Shown piece after piece: positions 50,520 through 61,026 of a DNA stretch of 64,000 nt. Numbering within the stretch: position 1 is the first letter of the stretch; each line of letters starts with the position of its first letter. This stretch comes from Porphyridium purpureum (lineage: Eukaryota). A program made the translations under genes and the position numbers. The notes beneath the pieces are model-generated. The model was not told where the DNA came from, did not search any database, and saw only the letters and a program-made list of their open reading frames with translations. The DNA lies in NCBI GenBank assembly GCA_008690995.1, contig VRMN01000002.1, positions 496,001 through 560,000 on the forward strand, in the 5' to 3' direction.

Positions 50520-53042
50520 ATGGTGAACTTTACGATCGACCAGGTGCGCGAGATCATGGACGTCGCGTCCAACATCCGCAACATGAGCGTGATTGCGCAC
50601 GTGGATCATGGGAAGAGCACTCTCACGGACTCCCTGGTGGCGGCGGCAGGTATTATTGCTATGGCGTCGGCTGGAGATGCCAGGATGACCGACACGCGCG
50701 CGGACGAGCAGGAGCGCGGAATCACGATCAAGTCGACCGGCATTTCGCTGTACTTCAGGCTTGGCGAGGAAGTCGAGCTGCCGAAAGATGCCGTTGGCCG
50801 AGACTTTTTGATCAATCTGATCGATTCGCCTGGGCACGTCGACTTCTCGTCGGAAGTGACGGCGGCTTTGCGAGTCACGGACGGCGCGCTCGTGGTGGTC
50901 GATTGCGTCGAAGGTGTATCGGTGCAGACGGAGACGGTGCTTCGACAGGCCCTGACAGAGAGAATCACGCCGGTCGTTGCGATCAACAAGCTTGATCGCG
51001 CTTTCCTGGAACTGCAGCTCGACGCCGAAGACATGTACCAGAACTTTACTCGAGTTGTTGAAAACGCCAACGTGAGCATTGCAACGTACATGGACAAGAA
51101 TCTGAAGGACCAGCAAGTCGCACCGGAAAGGGGTACTGTCGCTTTCTCTGCCGGCTTGCACGGATGGGCCTTCACGCTGACCCGGTTCGCACGCATGTAC
51201 GCGAGCAAGTTTGGAACGGACGAGCAGAAGATGACGGAGCGTCTGTGGGGAGAGAGTTATTTCAGCAAAGCTGAGAAGAAGTGGACGAAGACGCCAGGAC
51301 CGGGACGAGAGCGCGCGTTTAATGAGTTCATTATTAAGCCACTTCAGCGTGTCATTTCGCTTGCAATGACTGACAAGGTGGACGAGCTGGACAAGCTTCT
51401 CAAGAATCTTAAGATTGAACTCAAGAATGAGGATAAGGACCTACGTGGAAAGCAGCTGATGAAGCGTGTCCTTCAGAAATGGATTCCTGCGAGCGACGCG
51501 TTGTTGGAAATGATGGTGCTGCACCTTCCTTCGCCTGCGGTTGCGCAGAGGTACCGCGTGGAAACCCTGTATGAGGGACCCATGGATGACGTGGCCGCCA
51601 CGGCGATCCGCAATTGCGATAAGAATGGGCCGCTTATGCTTTACATTAGTAAGATGATTCCGTCGGTTGACAAAGGTCGCTTTATTGCGTACGGCCGTGT
51701 CTTTGCGGGCACCGTAAGAAACGGAATGAAGGTGCGCATTATGGGACCAAACTACGAACCGGGGTCGAAGAAGGACCTGTCGGTGAAGAACATCCAGCGT
51801 GTGTTGCTAATGATGGGCAAGAAGGTTGAGTCTGTTGAATCCATTCCTTGCGGGAACACAGTTGGACTGGTCGGGCTTGACCAATTTTTGGTGAAGTCTG
51901 GAACATTGACGGATCTTGAAGACGCCTTCCCTCTCAAGGACATGAAGTACTCTGTGTCACCGGTCGTGCGAGTTGCCGTTGAGCCCAAGAATCCTGCGGA
52001 TTTGCCCAAGCTGGTGGAAGGCCTGAAGCGTCTGTCAAAGTCAGACCCGCTTGTCCAGTGCTTTATCGAAGAGTCTGGCGAGCACGTCATTGCCGGCTGC
52101 GGCGAACTGCACATCGAGATTTGCTTGAAGGATCTGCAGGAGGACTTCATGAACGGCGCTCCGATCAAGGTGTCAAATCCCGTGGTTTCGTACCGCGAGA
52201 CCGTGCAAGGAATTCCGGATGCAGCCGAAGCCGGGGTTTGTCTTTCGAAGTCACCGAACAAGCACAACCGTCTCTTCGTCTACGCTGAACCGCTCCCGGA
52301 AGGTGTTCCAGAGGTGATTGAGGAAGGGAAAGTCACGCCGCGCGACGAGCCCAAGCCGCGCTCTAAGATCTTGACAGAGCTCGGTATGAACGAGGACGCA
52401 ACGAAGAAGATTTGGTGCTTTGGACCAGACACGACGGGCCCGAACTTGTTCATGGACGCGTCGAAAGCAGTGCAGTACTTGAACGAAATTAAGGATTCGG
52501 TTGCTGCTGCTTTCCAGTGGGCCACGAAGGAGGGCGTCATTTGTGATGAGAATATGCGTGGTGTTGGTTTCTATATTTCGGATTGCGTTCTCCACGCTGA
52601 TGCCATTCATCGCGGAGGTGGACAAATCATTCCGACGGCGCGTCGCGCGTGCTTTGGGGCTCAAATCAAGGCGGACCCCAAGCTGTTGGAGCCAATCTTT
52701 CTTGTCGAAATCCAGTGCCCAGAGCAGGCCGTTGGCTCGATTTATGGTGTCTTGAATCGAAAGCGCGGGCATGTCTTTGAGGAAATGCAGCGCCCTGGAA
52801 CACCCATGTTCAACGTCAAGGCGTATTTGCCTGTCGCTGAGTCATTTGGTTTCACAGCCGACCTTCGCGCCGCGACTTCTGGTCAGGCGTTCCCGCAGTG
52901 TGTGTTCGACCACTGGGCCATGATGCCGGGTGATCCTTACGACGCGACGGACAAGATCTTGGAAATTGTGTCCGGTATCAGAACACGTAAGGGGTTGAAG
53001 CCGAATCCGCCCGGACTTGACAACTTCTATGACAAATTGTAA
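50520..53042 (+). CDS. EEF2: Eukaryotic translation elongation factor 2
   Basis: [29 protein letters not shown], diphthamide loop [14 protein letters not shown]. Confidence 0.99.
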   Translation: MVNFTIDQVREIMDVASNIRNMSVIAHVDHGKSTLTDSLVAAAGIIAMASAGDARMTDTRADEQERGITIKSTGISLYFRLGEEVELPKDAVGRDFLINLIDSPGHVDFSSEVTAALRVTDGALVVVDCVEGVSVQTETVLRQALTERITPVVAINKLDRAFLELQLDAEDMYQNFTRVVENANVSIATYMDKNLKDQQVAPERGTVAFSAGLHGWAFTLTRFARMYASKFGTDEQKMTERLWGESYFSKAEKKWTKTPGPGRERAFNEFIIKPLQRVISLAMTDKVDELDKLLKNLKIELKNEDKDLRGKQLMKRVLQKWIPASDALLEMMVLHLPSPAVAQRYRVETLYEGPMDDVAATAIRNCDKNGPLMLYISKMIPSVDKGRFIAYGRVFAGTVRNGMKVRIMGPNYEPGSKKDLSVKNIQRVLLMMGKKVESVESIPCGNTVGLVGLDQFLVKSGTLTDLEDAFPLKDMKYSVSPVVRVAVEPKNPADLPKLVEGLKRLSKSDPLVQCFIEESGEHVIAGCGELHIEICLKDLQEDFMNGAPIKVSNPVVSYRETVQGIPDAAEAGVCLSKSPNKHNRLFVYAEPLPEGVPEVIEEGKVTPRDEPKPRSKILTELGMNEDATKKIWCFGPDTTGPNLFMDASKAVQYLNEIKDSVAAAFQWATKEGVICDENMRGVGFYISDCVLHADAIHRGGGQIIPTARRACFGAQIKADPKLLEPIFLVEIQCPEQAVGSIYGVLNRKRGHVFEEMQRPGTPMFNVKAYLPVAESFGFTADLRAATSGQAFPQCVFDHWAMMPGDPYDATDKILEIVSGIRTRKGLKPNPPGLDNFYDKL

Positions 53043-54425
53043 GATGTGATGCCGGAAAGATTCCGACGCACGTGCCAGATTTGTGGTCGGCATCCTTGCT
53101 GAGCGCCACGTATGACATTGTGCATGACGTCCAGGTTGTCCTGTTGTGGTGCGACAAGAACCCATTGGTCGCCTTTGGCGTGTGCGGGCTAAGCTTGGGT
53201 GTTGCACGAACAAGGGCACGTGTGTGCACTTCTTGCCTGGCTCTTGTCTTTTTCTTTTGTTAGAGGTTGCGATTCAGTATTTCGCCCGATTTCTATTCCA
53301 GTTCTTTGCCGGGCACGCAAGCCGGTCCCGGCCGTTAAACTTCAAGCGTTTTCCTAGTGTTCGACTCCGTTCTAGAATTTCGAGAAACTTGAGAAACTGA
53401 CGAAGATGGTGGCACACATGGGTTCGTGGTCGCCTGCGAACCAGCTGCCTTCTGCCCTGCGCGTTGGATAGATCGAGGACGAAGATGGTTTCGTCACCTT
53501 CACCATGGTCTTCAAGCTGCACACCATGTGCCCCAGAGTCAAGCAAGGACACGCTCAGCGTTTCACTGTTTTGTGCTAGAATATGATTGGCGCAATTGAC
53601 ATCCTGCTGTTCGGCTGCACCTTACGGCACGGAGCCATGCCTGCACGCCTAGGTGCCTTCCAGATTCTCGCCATCATGCTCCCTGTGGGCGCTGCAGGTT
53701 TTGGACATGTACGCCTCATTGACCAGCACAAGCTGGGAGCTGAGCTGGCGCGCATTCGTATTGTGGCGGTAGGTGCGGCGACAGGCCGGGTGGTTCGCGC
53801 CGATGCGGCATGTACAGGGTATGCTCTTTGGTTGGCGTGTCCTACAGTCGGCAGGCCATGTCTATAGGGCCGCGGCCACTTTAGTTTGCTGACGTCCAGT
53901 AAAATCGCATTCGCCGCCACGTCCGCCCGTCACAGACGGCCCCTGAGTCGGCGCTGGAACTGTGGGCAGAGCAGGCACCGGTGAAGCTGGCGGCACTTGT
54001 GCATGCTCAATCGGTGCCGCAGGTGCAGGCGCCGATTGGGGGCCTCTCTCCTCAATTCGCTCTGTTCCATGGCTTTGCGTCGCTCACATCTCACACTTGC
54101 GTGCACTCTCTCGTGGTGGCACAATTGAACATCCGAGTTTCGCAAATGACGATCTCCACTTTCTGCCGGTCTCGCACGCGTCCGTTCCCGGAAAGTTCCG
54201 CACCGTTGCAGTGAAGGTGCCTAGCAGAGGATGCACGTCAACTTGATTCGCATCCACCTCTCTACGAAGGAGCTTGCTACCCAAATGCAGATGGCGTGAG
54301 GAAAGCAAATTTGCGTGCGGCGATTTACATTCCTCTTGGCGAAGATTTCAAGCTCCCAGAAGAAAGTCATTTTGTTCAACATTCCTCACCCAACTTTAGC
54401 ATACTTCTTTGTCGCTTTCCTCGGC

Positions 54426-57400
54426 ATGTCGTCTGCGCCGGGAACCAGGGGATCTGCGGGTGCGCGGACTCAAGGACACCCGGCCGGTGAGTACGAATCC
54501 TCATCGTCAACTGGGAATACCTCAAGTTCGAGGAAGCGCAACAGAAGGACTTCAAAATGCGCGAGAGATGGTGGGCATAAAGGCGAAAAGGCCCACTCGT
54601 CTGAATCGTCAGTCCATGCAGCAGATGCGGAATGCTACAAGTCTAAATCCAGCAAACGATCTCGTCACCGCCGGAAGCTGCGTACGCCAGATCATAAGCA
54701 CACCCTTCAGCGTAAACGCGAGAAAGACTGGCACAGCCATTCAGAGCGGAAATTGTCGCGAAGCAAAAGAGTGCGATCGTCGCCAGAGTCGGAGTCATCA
54801 TCAGAGAAGGCCAGAAAATATCAAAATCACTCGGGAGGTCCTCAGTCTTCCGCAGAGAAGACAGCTTTTGGGGCACGTTCCCAGTCGCAAGGTGACGACG
54901 AGATGCAAGGTAATCGACTCGCAGGGCTGGAAGTGCAGCACCAGGCCGGGTACTCTGAGGCTCGTCTGAACGTGTCGATTGGAAAGCGTCGCAGCATGGG
55001 TTTGTTTTCGCGAGCCGCACGTGCACCGGCTCCGGGTGCTGCTTTCGATGAAGACGAGTCAGACCATGAGCAACCTGCACGCATTCACGAGCTGCCGCTG
55101 ATGGCTGGGGCTTCGTGGCGCGGAAGTGCGTTCACTTTGGGTACGGAGACGAGCAAAGAACTCGAGCCGCCCGCTGTCCACTTATCGGGACTTCAGGGTG
55201 TCGGAGCCGGGGGTGGCATTCCTGTCAATGATGAATTAGATCAATTCATGCAGCATGTTCATTGCAAGATTGAAAGTTCCAACTTGTACACATCAGGTGA
55301 ACGCGATGCGTTTCGTGCAGAGGAAGGGCGGTCTGTTGAAGATCCAAGTGGAATTCGGGAGAATCATGTCGCAAATATGCCTGGATCCGACGTTGAAAGC
55401 ATTGGCATCTCGGACGAGAGTGTGCCTGTTGAGGATGAGCAAGGTCACTTCCGCTATGATCCAAAGCACCGGAAAAAACGACTGCTCTACGCCAAGGTTG
55501 ACCATTCGACCATCGAATATGCTCCATTTCGAAAGGATTTTTACATTGTGCCGAAGGAATTGAAGGATTTATCTGTGCACGAGGTGAACGCTCTCAAAAC
55601 ATCCATGGGTGGAATTCGAATCCGCGGAAGAAATTGTCCCTACCCGATTCAGCAATGGGCGCAGTGTGGGCTCCCGTCAAGCGTGCTCGACGCACTGAAG
55701 CATAGGAAGTTTGAAGTTCCCACCCCAATCCAGGCTCAAGCCATACCTGCGATTATGAAAGGCCGCGACGTGATTGGCGTCGCCTGCACGGGTAGTGGCA
55801 AGACTCTTGCGTTTCTTTTGCCCATGCTTCGTCATATTCTCTCGCAAAAGCGTGTATCTTCCGGAGAAGGGCCAATAGGACTTGTCATTGCCCCAACTCG
55901 CGAACTTGCGGTGCAAATTTGCGCAGATGCCAAGATGATCATCAAATGCGTTGGTCTCCGGGTTGCGGTGGCCTACGGAGGAAGTGGCATTGCACAGCAG
56001 ATTGCCGAACTCCGAAGAGGGGTTGAAATTGTTGTTGCAACTCCAGGACGGCTCATTGATCTGCTCGCAATGAATGGTGGTCGAATAACAAATTTACAAC
56101 GTGTCACGTTCGTGGTTCTTGATGAAGCTGATCGCATGTTTGACCTAGGATTCGAGCCCCAATTGACTCGCATTGTGGAGAACGTGCGTCCAGATTGTCA
56201 GATTGTGATGTTTTCAGCGACTTTCCCTCAGCAAGTCGAAAATCTTGCCCGACGCATCCTACATGCGCCGATTGAAATCACAGCTGGAAGCAATTCGGTT
56301 GCGGCCGCTTCTGTGACGCAGATGATTGAAGTTCGAGATGCGGATTCGAAATTTCGCCGACTGCTTGAGCTTTTAGGACGCTTCTACGACAGAGGTTCGG
56401 CTCTCGTTTTTGTGGACAGGCAGGAAAGTGCCGATCACATATTCAATGAACTCGTCCAAGCTGGATATCTCGCCCAGGCTCTGCACGGAGGTATGCTGCA
56501 GGATGATCGCGATTGCGCCATCGCGGATTTCAAGAGTGGTAAGTTCAAGGTTCTGGTTGCGACCTCCGTCGCTGCACGTGGTCTTGACGTCAAACAGTTG
56601 TTTCTGGTTGTGAACTACGATGTTCCAAGTCACTACGAAGATTATGTCCATAGAGTCGGACGGACAGGGAGAGCTGGAAACGTCGGCGTCGCTGTGACAT
56701 TCATGACACCTCAGCAGGGAGCACATGCACCGGATATGGTGAAGGCCTTGCGATTGAGTGCCAAAGCCTTGTTTGAAGGAACCTACTCGGACCACAAAGA
56801 GCGCAGCAAAGAGCTGGAAGCATTTATGGATGCATCAGTGCCTGCAGACCTGCGAGCTCTCGCAGATGCGTACGAGGCCAAAGTGAAATCGGGAGACGTG
56901 AAGTTCAGGCGTGCCAGTGGTTACGGCGGAAAAGGGTTTAAATTCAACGAAGAAGAAGAGGCGACTAAAAGGGAGGAGCGGAGACGTCAAATCAGTCATT
57001 TCGGCCTCGCTGATGAGGAGAATGTCGGAGATGAGGAAGCATTATTGGCCCCACAGGAAGCTGAAGGTGCGCAAAAAGCCGGAACGGCTCTTGACGATGA
57101 AAAGATTGTTCTTCGCAGGGTTCGAAAATTGAAGACGACGTACGTGAGTCAAGAGACTCACATAACAGATCATGAATCCACGGAGTTTGTATCCAGTGAA
57201 GATATCAGCGCTCAAATGAAACGGGTCGTAGCAGAGGTCACCCATGCCAGCAAAAAGGACGGCCTTGATGAGGCCCAGACTAAATTGCGCATCGCACAAG
57301 CTAAAGCGGCTGTTTTGAATGCATCGACTGGTGCAGGAAGAAAATCTGCGGTGGCTTCTATCAATACGGGCTCTCACAATCTGGGCGCAGACGCCGAAGG

Positions 57401-57713
57401 AGGCAACTATGAGGAGACGTTCGAGACCGAACTGGAGATCAATGACTATCCTCAGTTTGCTCGTTGGCGAGTCACACAGAAAGGTGGAATGGCGGACATT
57501 GAAGAATTCACCGGTGCTGTTGCGACCATCAAGGGTCACTATTATCCACCTGGTCGCAACCCGCCGGCTGGTGAAAGAAAACTTTACGTGCTTGTCGAAG
57601 GTCCTGCCGAGCGAAGCGTACGCGAGGCTCGAAAGGAGGTAAAGCGCAAGATTGAGGAATTGGCAGCTCTGAAGCCGGACGATACTCGGTCCGGAAAGTA
57701 CTCAGTTATTTGA
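54426..57713 (+). CDS. PRP5: Pre-mRNA splicing DEAD-box helicase Prp5/DDX46
   Basis: Basic RS-like N-terminus, D.LD.FM, DHS.IEY.PFRKDFY, TGSGKT, PTRELA, DEAD, SAT, HRVGRTGRAG, GYGGKG, C-terminal EINDYPQ.ARW KH-like domain. Confidence 0.96.
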   Translation: MSSAPGTRGSAGARTQGHPAGEYESSSSTGNTSSSRKRNRRTSKCARDGGHKGEKAHSSESSVHAADAECYKSKSSKRSRHRRKLRTPDHKHTLQRKREKDWHSHSERKLSRSKRVRSSPESESSSEKARKYQNHSGGPQSSAEKTAFGARSQSQGDDEMQGNRLAGLEVQHQAGYSEARLNVSIGKRRSMGLFSRAARAPAPGAAFDEDESDHEQPARIHELPLMAGASWRGSAFTLGTETSKELEPPAVHLSGLQGVGAGGGIPVNDELDQFMQHVHCKIESSNLYTSGERDAFRAEEGRSVEDPSGIRENHVANMPGSDVESIGISDESVPVEDEQGHFRYDPKHRKKRLLYAKVDHSTIEYAPFRKDFYIVPKELKDLSVHEVNALKTSMGGIRIRGRNCPYPIQQWAQCGLPSSVLDALKHRKFEVPTPIQAQAIPAIMKGRDVIGVACTGSGKTLAFLLPMLRHILSQKRVSSGEGPIGLVIAPTRELAVQICADAKMIIKCVGLRVAVAYGGSGIAQQIAELRRGVEIVVATPGRLIDLLAMNGGRITNLQRVTFVVLDEADRMFDLGFEPQLTRIVENVRPDCQIVMFSATFPQQVENLARRILHAPIEITAGSNSVAAASVTQMIEVRDADSKFRRLLELLGRFYDRGSALVFVDRQESADHIFNELVQAGYLAQALHGGMLQDDRDCAIADFKSGKFKVLVATSVAARGLDVKQLFLVVNYDVPSHYEDYVHRVGRTGRAGNVGVAVTFMTPQQGAHAPDMVKALRLSAKALFEGTYSDHKERSKELEAFMDASVPADLRALADAYEAKVKSGDVKFRRASGYGGKGFKFNEEEEATKREERRRQISHFGLADEENVGDEEALLAPQEAEGAQKAGTALDDEKIVLRRVRKLKTTYVSQETHITDHESTEFVSSEDISAQMKRVVAEVTHASKKDGLDEAQTKLRIAQAKAAVLNASTGAGRKSAVASINTGSHNLGADAEGGNYEETFETELEINDYPQFARWRVTQKGGMADIEEFTGAVATIKGHYYPPGRNPPAGERKLYVLVEGPAERSVREARKEVKRKIEELAALKPDDTRSGKYSVI

Positions 57714-58197
57714 ATCATATTGTTGGACCTATCCTCTTGCAATTACGGCCAGACTGAAGACCTGCATTCGCTCCCGTCATTCAAAGACGAAGTTCGACAA
57801 TAAGGCTCCGACATTCCCTTCACCTTCAACACACGAAAGTTCACGCCTGGGCTCGTAAAGATTGGCTGGTTCGAAAGAGACCGGGGCATGAACGTATCAT
57901 GCTGGTGGCCAGACGCTGAGACGACACGTTTAAAGGCGAATGGCTTTCTGCAGAGATTAGAGTGAGTTTCCTCGCTCGCCGTGATCCAACGTGCAAGAAC
58001 ACAAGACGCGCTATCCAGAATCGCGTTTGTGTATGAGCGGCTGGCACGCGTGCCACTTTGCGGGAGCTACGGCCTAGAACACTTGCGCGGGGAAAGCCTG
58101 CGTAGAGGTTTTGGTAGTAAAGGTTACGTAAGTGTGATAGCCACTCTGCAGCGGGCCACCCCGGCATTGCGTTCACTTCACTTGTGTGCGCCGGACA

Positions 58198-58252
58198 GCC
58201 GGACGGACGGGCGGGCGGGCGGGCGGGCGGGCGGGCGAGCCGAGGGGCGGGC
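58198..58252. repeat. (GGAC/GGGC)n tetranucleotide tract upstream of the BRE1-like gene
   Basis: ggacggacgggcgggcgggcgggcgggcgggcgggcg. Confidence 0.7.
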
Positions 58253-58287
58253 GGTGGTGGGTTTCGTGAAGTTGAACACGCGAACGC

Positions 58288-60780
58288 ATGGAAAGTGAAC
58301 CGAAGCGTAACCGCGAAGCGGAAGCGGAAGCGGAAGCGGAAGCGGGAAGCGGTACAAGAGAGAATGGAGATGAACTTCCGGTCAAGCGCGCCCGCATCGA
58401 ATCTGTTCAGGAGAAGAGTGAAGAAGGGTTCTTAACGGTGAGCGAATTGCAGTCTCGAGTAGATGATGAAGCCGGAAAGATGCCGTCCCTCCCAAACATC
58501 GGGATCGGCGCTCACGAGCAACATATTCTTCAGCAAGCGCTCTCTGGAGAAGAGCATAGGGACTTGGGCCTCAGTCAGCATGGCATTCTGGTCGAACAGG
58601 TTCACGCTCAGTCGAAGCAGATAGAGGACGTTGCTTTGAAGGCCGAACTTGCGGCAAACCTAGCGGTGCAACTGGAATTTTGCGGGCAACAAGCCGTGCG
58701 CACTGTGATGTATGCACATGAGGATCTGGGCCTTTCTCTGTTGCGAGCGGGCGTGCAAAAGGATCTCGTAGAAGTGGCGAACAATGAGGACGAATCTGAG
58801 CAGATTTTTAACGCGATCAAGTGCGAAGACCCTCACGGTATCGATCATTTGAACAGGCTGGTCGGTTCGGCAGCTTCGCACATGCAGCGGATCGCACATG
58901 CTATAGGGCTGGCCTCCATGGGCAGAGCAGGCAACAGTACGGAGGAGAAGGCTTCTTCCGGTGTAACCGCGCAGCAGGATATGATCGCTCTGTCGAAAAG
59001 CAACTTAGTCGAGACTCGCATCACATTGAAGAACCGTCTCGAAGCTCACGTTGAGGAACTGAATTGTTCCCTGCAGAATGCAAAGCAAGAAGAAATACAG
59101 GCTCACTCTCTCCGGGAAGAATACGACGACGTTTGCGTTGAAGTTTCTCTGAAAAGACGGCAGCTGACAGCCAAGAGTATGCGGCTCCGAGAAATTGAAT
59201 TTATCAACTTGAAGGCTGACGAGCGAAAGAGTGCGGATGAGAACAATGGCAGAGAAGGAGCTGAAGCCTCTCCGATTCAACCAGGGGTGGACAACAGAAC
59301 TTTGAAGGAGAGGACTGAAACGCCTGCAGGTCAGCAATTTGCTGAAAGTGAGCTTTCCGGATCCACGCATGTGCCCCTTGCAGAGCTGAAACGACAGGAG
59401 CAAATTGTGATCGATGAGAGTATACAGCACGGGAAAAAGCTTGCGGGCGATATCGAGGGTGGCGCCCACGGCATAGGAGGCGACCTAGGCCCAACCATGG
59501 TGCATTCCAATCAATCTTGGTACGATCTGGTGTTTGCGTCATCGCACTGTCAAATTGGGTCAAAGCTTTTGGAAGGGTTACGTCTGGAGGCAAAGAGATT
59601 GAATGATCAAGCGCAGACATTTGACGATGAAAATCTCAAAAAGATTTTTAGGTCACTCGCGCACTTTCCGAGCGATACTTTCGAAACTTCTCCAGACACC
59701 CAGTATGCTTCTAAGTATGCGAAAATTACTGCATCAACGGATGCAGCGGAGGACGCCAAGCGCCGGCGGGATCGCATGAGCCTGAAGTACGAGCACGTCA
59801 AGCTCGAAGGCGGAAAGCAGGCTATTGCAGAATTATTTGAGCGAGAGGTGAAGACACTTGGTCTCATTGAAGGTTTGGTGGACAAGCGTCTTTCCGTATT
59901 AACCGACCAGACCAAAGCTTTAGGATCCTCTGATTTGACTTCAAGCTCCAAGTTGATCGCCGTGCAGCAAAAACGGAATGATGAGACCATCGATGATATT
60001 GAAGCGCTATCGACCATGTACAGTGATTTGGACGCGTTCTACAAAAGGGTGCGGACAAGCTCTCTAGCAAAAGAGGAAGCGGTCGCAAAGACCCTAAGTG
60101 ACGTGGTCTCCCAAAAGGCATCAATTCGTGAGGCCGAGTACGAACTGGAGTCACAGTTTGGAAAGTATCAGGTGGAACTGCAGCGTGCGCAGATTATGCG
60201 TAACCAGCTGGATCGCGAAAGAAAACAAATTGAAGCCACGCGCGGAACGAGAGCGTCAGCAGTTTCAGCTTCGCTACAGCTGACGCAGGACTTACTGGTC
60301 GCGCAATCGGAGCTCGAAGAAAAGTTTGCGCTGTTCGAAGAGCTCCAGTGTAAGTTGGTGGAGGTCCGCAAATTGCGAGAAGGTCTGTTGGCAAGAATTT
60401 CCCGTGCACAGGAGGATGTCGCAGCAGAGGCTCAGTCTCTGAATGCCCTGAAATTGAAATTAGCAGCCTCGGTGAGAGGTCTCAAAAGTGAGCAGCAGAT
60501 TGCAGATCGACTTGCCGGCAGGGCGGTGGCCGTCAATGACACCGATTCGTCGTATGAAGTGTTGAACCCTGAGGAACGCGACTATCAGATCTCGGAGCTA
60601 CGACGGAAATTGAAATGCTCCATCAATGCCGATCAAGATAAGGAAGTTGTCATTGTGCGTTGCGGGCACTTATTTAGCCGTCGATGCGTTGATGATCTGA
60701 TTGCAAGTCGAAACCGAAAGTGTCCGGCCTGCCACGAAAAATTTGGTCAGGATGATGTGCGGTCCATCTTTCTCGAGTGA
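58288..60780 (+). CDS. BRE1: BRE1/HUB1-like E3 ubiquitin ligase (long coiled coil + C-terminal RING)
   Basis: C-terminal LKC...KEVVI.RCGHLF...C......RNRKCPAC...FGQDDVR.IFL, which is typical of BRE1. Extensive coiled coil and an N-terminal (GAAGCG)n repeat. Confidence 0.85.
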   Translation: MESEPKRNREAEAEAEAEAGSGTRENGDELPVKRARIESVQEKSEEGFLTVSELQSRVDDEAGKMPSLPNIGIGAHEQHILQQALSGEEHRDLGLSQHGILVEQVHAQSKQIEDVALKAELAANLAVQLEFCGQQAVRTVMYAHEDLGLSLLRAGVQKDLVEVANNEDESEQIFNAIKCEDPHGIDHLNRLVGSAASHMQRIAHAIGLASMGRAGNSTEEKASSGVTAQQDMIALSKSNLVETRITLKNRLEAHVEELNCSLQNAKQEEIQAHSLREEYDDVCVEVSLKRRQLTAKSMRLREIEFINLKADERKSADENNGREGAEASPIQPGVDNRTLKERTETPAGQQFAESELSGSTHVPLAELKRQEQIVIDESIQHGKKLAGDIEGGAHGIGGDLGPTMVHSNQSWYDLVFASSHCQIGSKLLEGLRLEAKRLNDQAQTFDDENLKKIFRSLAHFPSDTFETSPDTQYASKYAKITASTDAAEDAKRRRDRMSLKYEHVKLEGGKQAIAELFEREVKTLGLIEGLVDKRLSVLTDQTKALGSSDLTSSSKLIAVQQKRNDETIDDIEALSTMYSDLDAFYKRVRTSSLAKEEAVAKTLSDVVSQKASIREAEYELESQFGKYQVELQRAQIMRNQLDRERKQIEATRGTRASAVSASLQLTQDLLVAQSELEEKFALFEELQCKLVEVRKLREGLLARISRAQEDVAAEAQSLNALKLKLAASVRGLKSEQQIADRLAGRAVAVNDTDSSYEVLNPEERDYQISELRRKLKCSINADQDKEVVIVRCGHLFSRRCVDDLIASRNRKCPACHEKFGQDDVRSIFLE

Positions 60781-61026
60781 TGCTTCCGCATTGGTGTAGA
60801 GCCCGTCTCAGAAATTGTTTCATCTAAATGCGCTTTCGTTGACCTTGATGACGAGAAGCCTCGCAAAGACCTTTCTTCATCTCCCTGTGACGCCTTTCCA
60901 CTCCATGGTCCCCTCTGAAATTTTCTCGTTCAATTCGCCGGTTCGTGATTCGAATGCCGATGAGATGAGACGGAAACAGACAAAGGAGAAAGAACAAGGA
61001 AGACTCGAAGGCCCCGGAGATTCGTA

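Noticed and set aside
58312..58352. (GAAGCG)n repeat considered as an array-like element
   Set aside because: A simple coding microsatellite encoding EAEAEA in the BRE1-like N-terminus, with no spacers.
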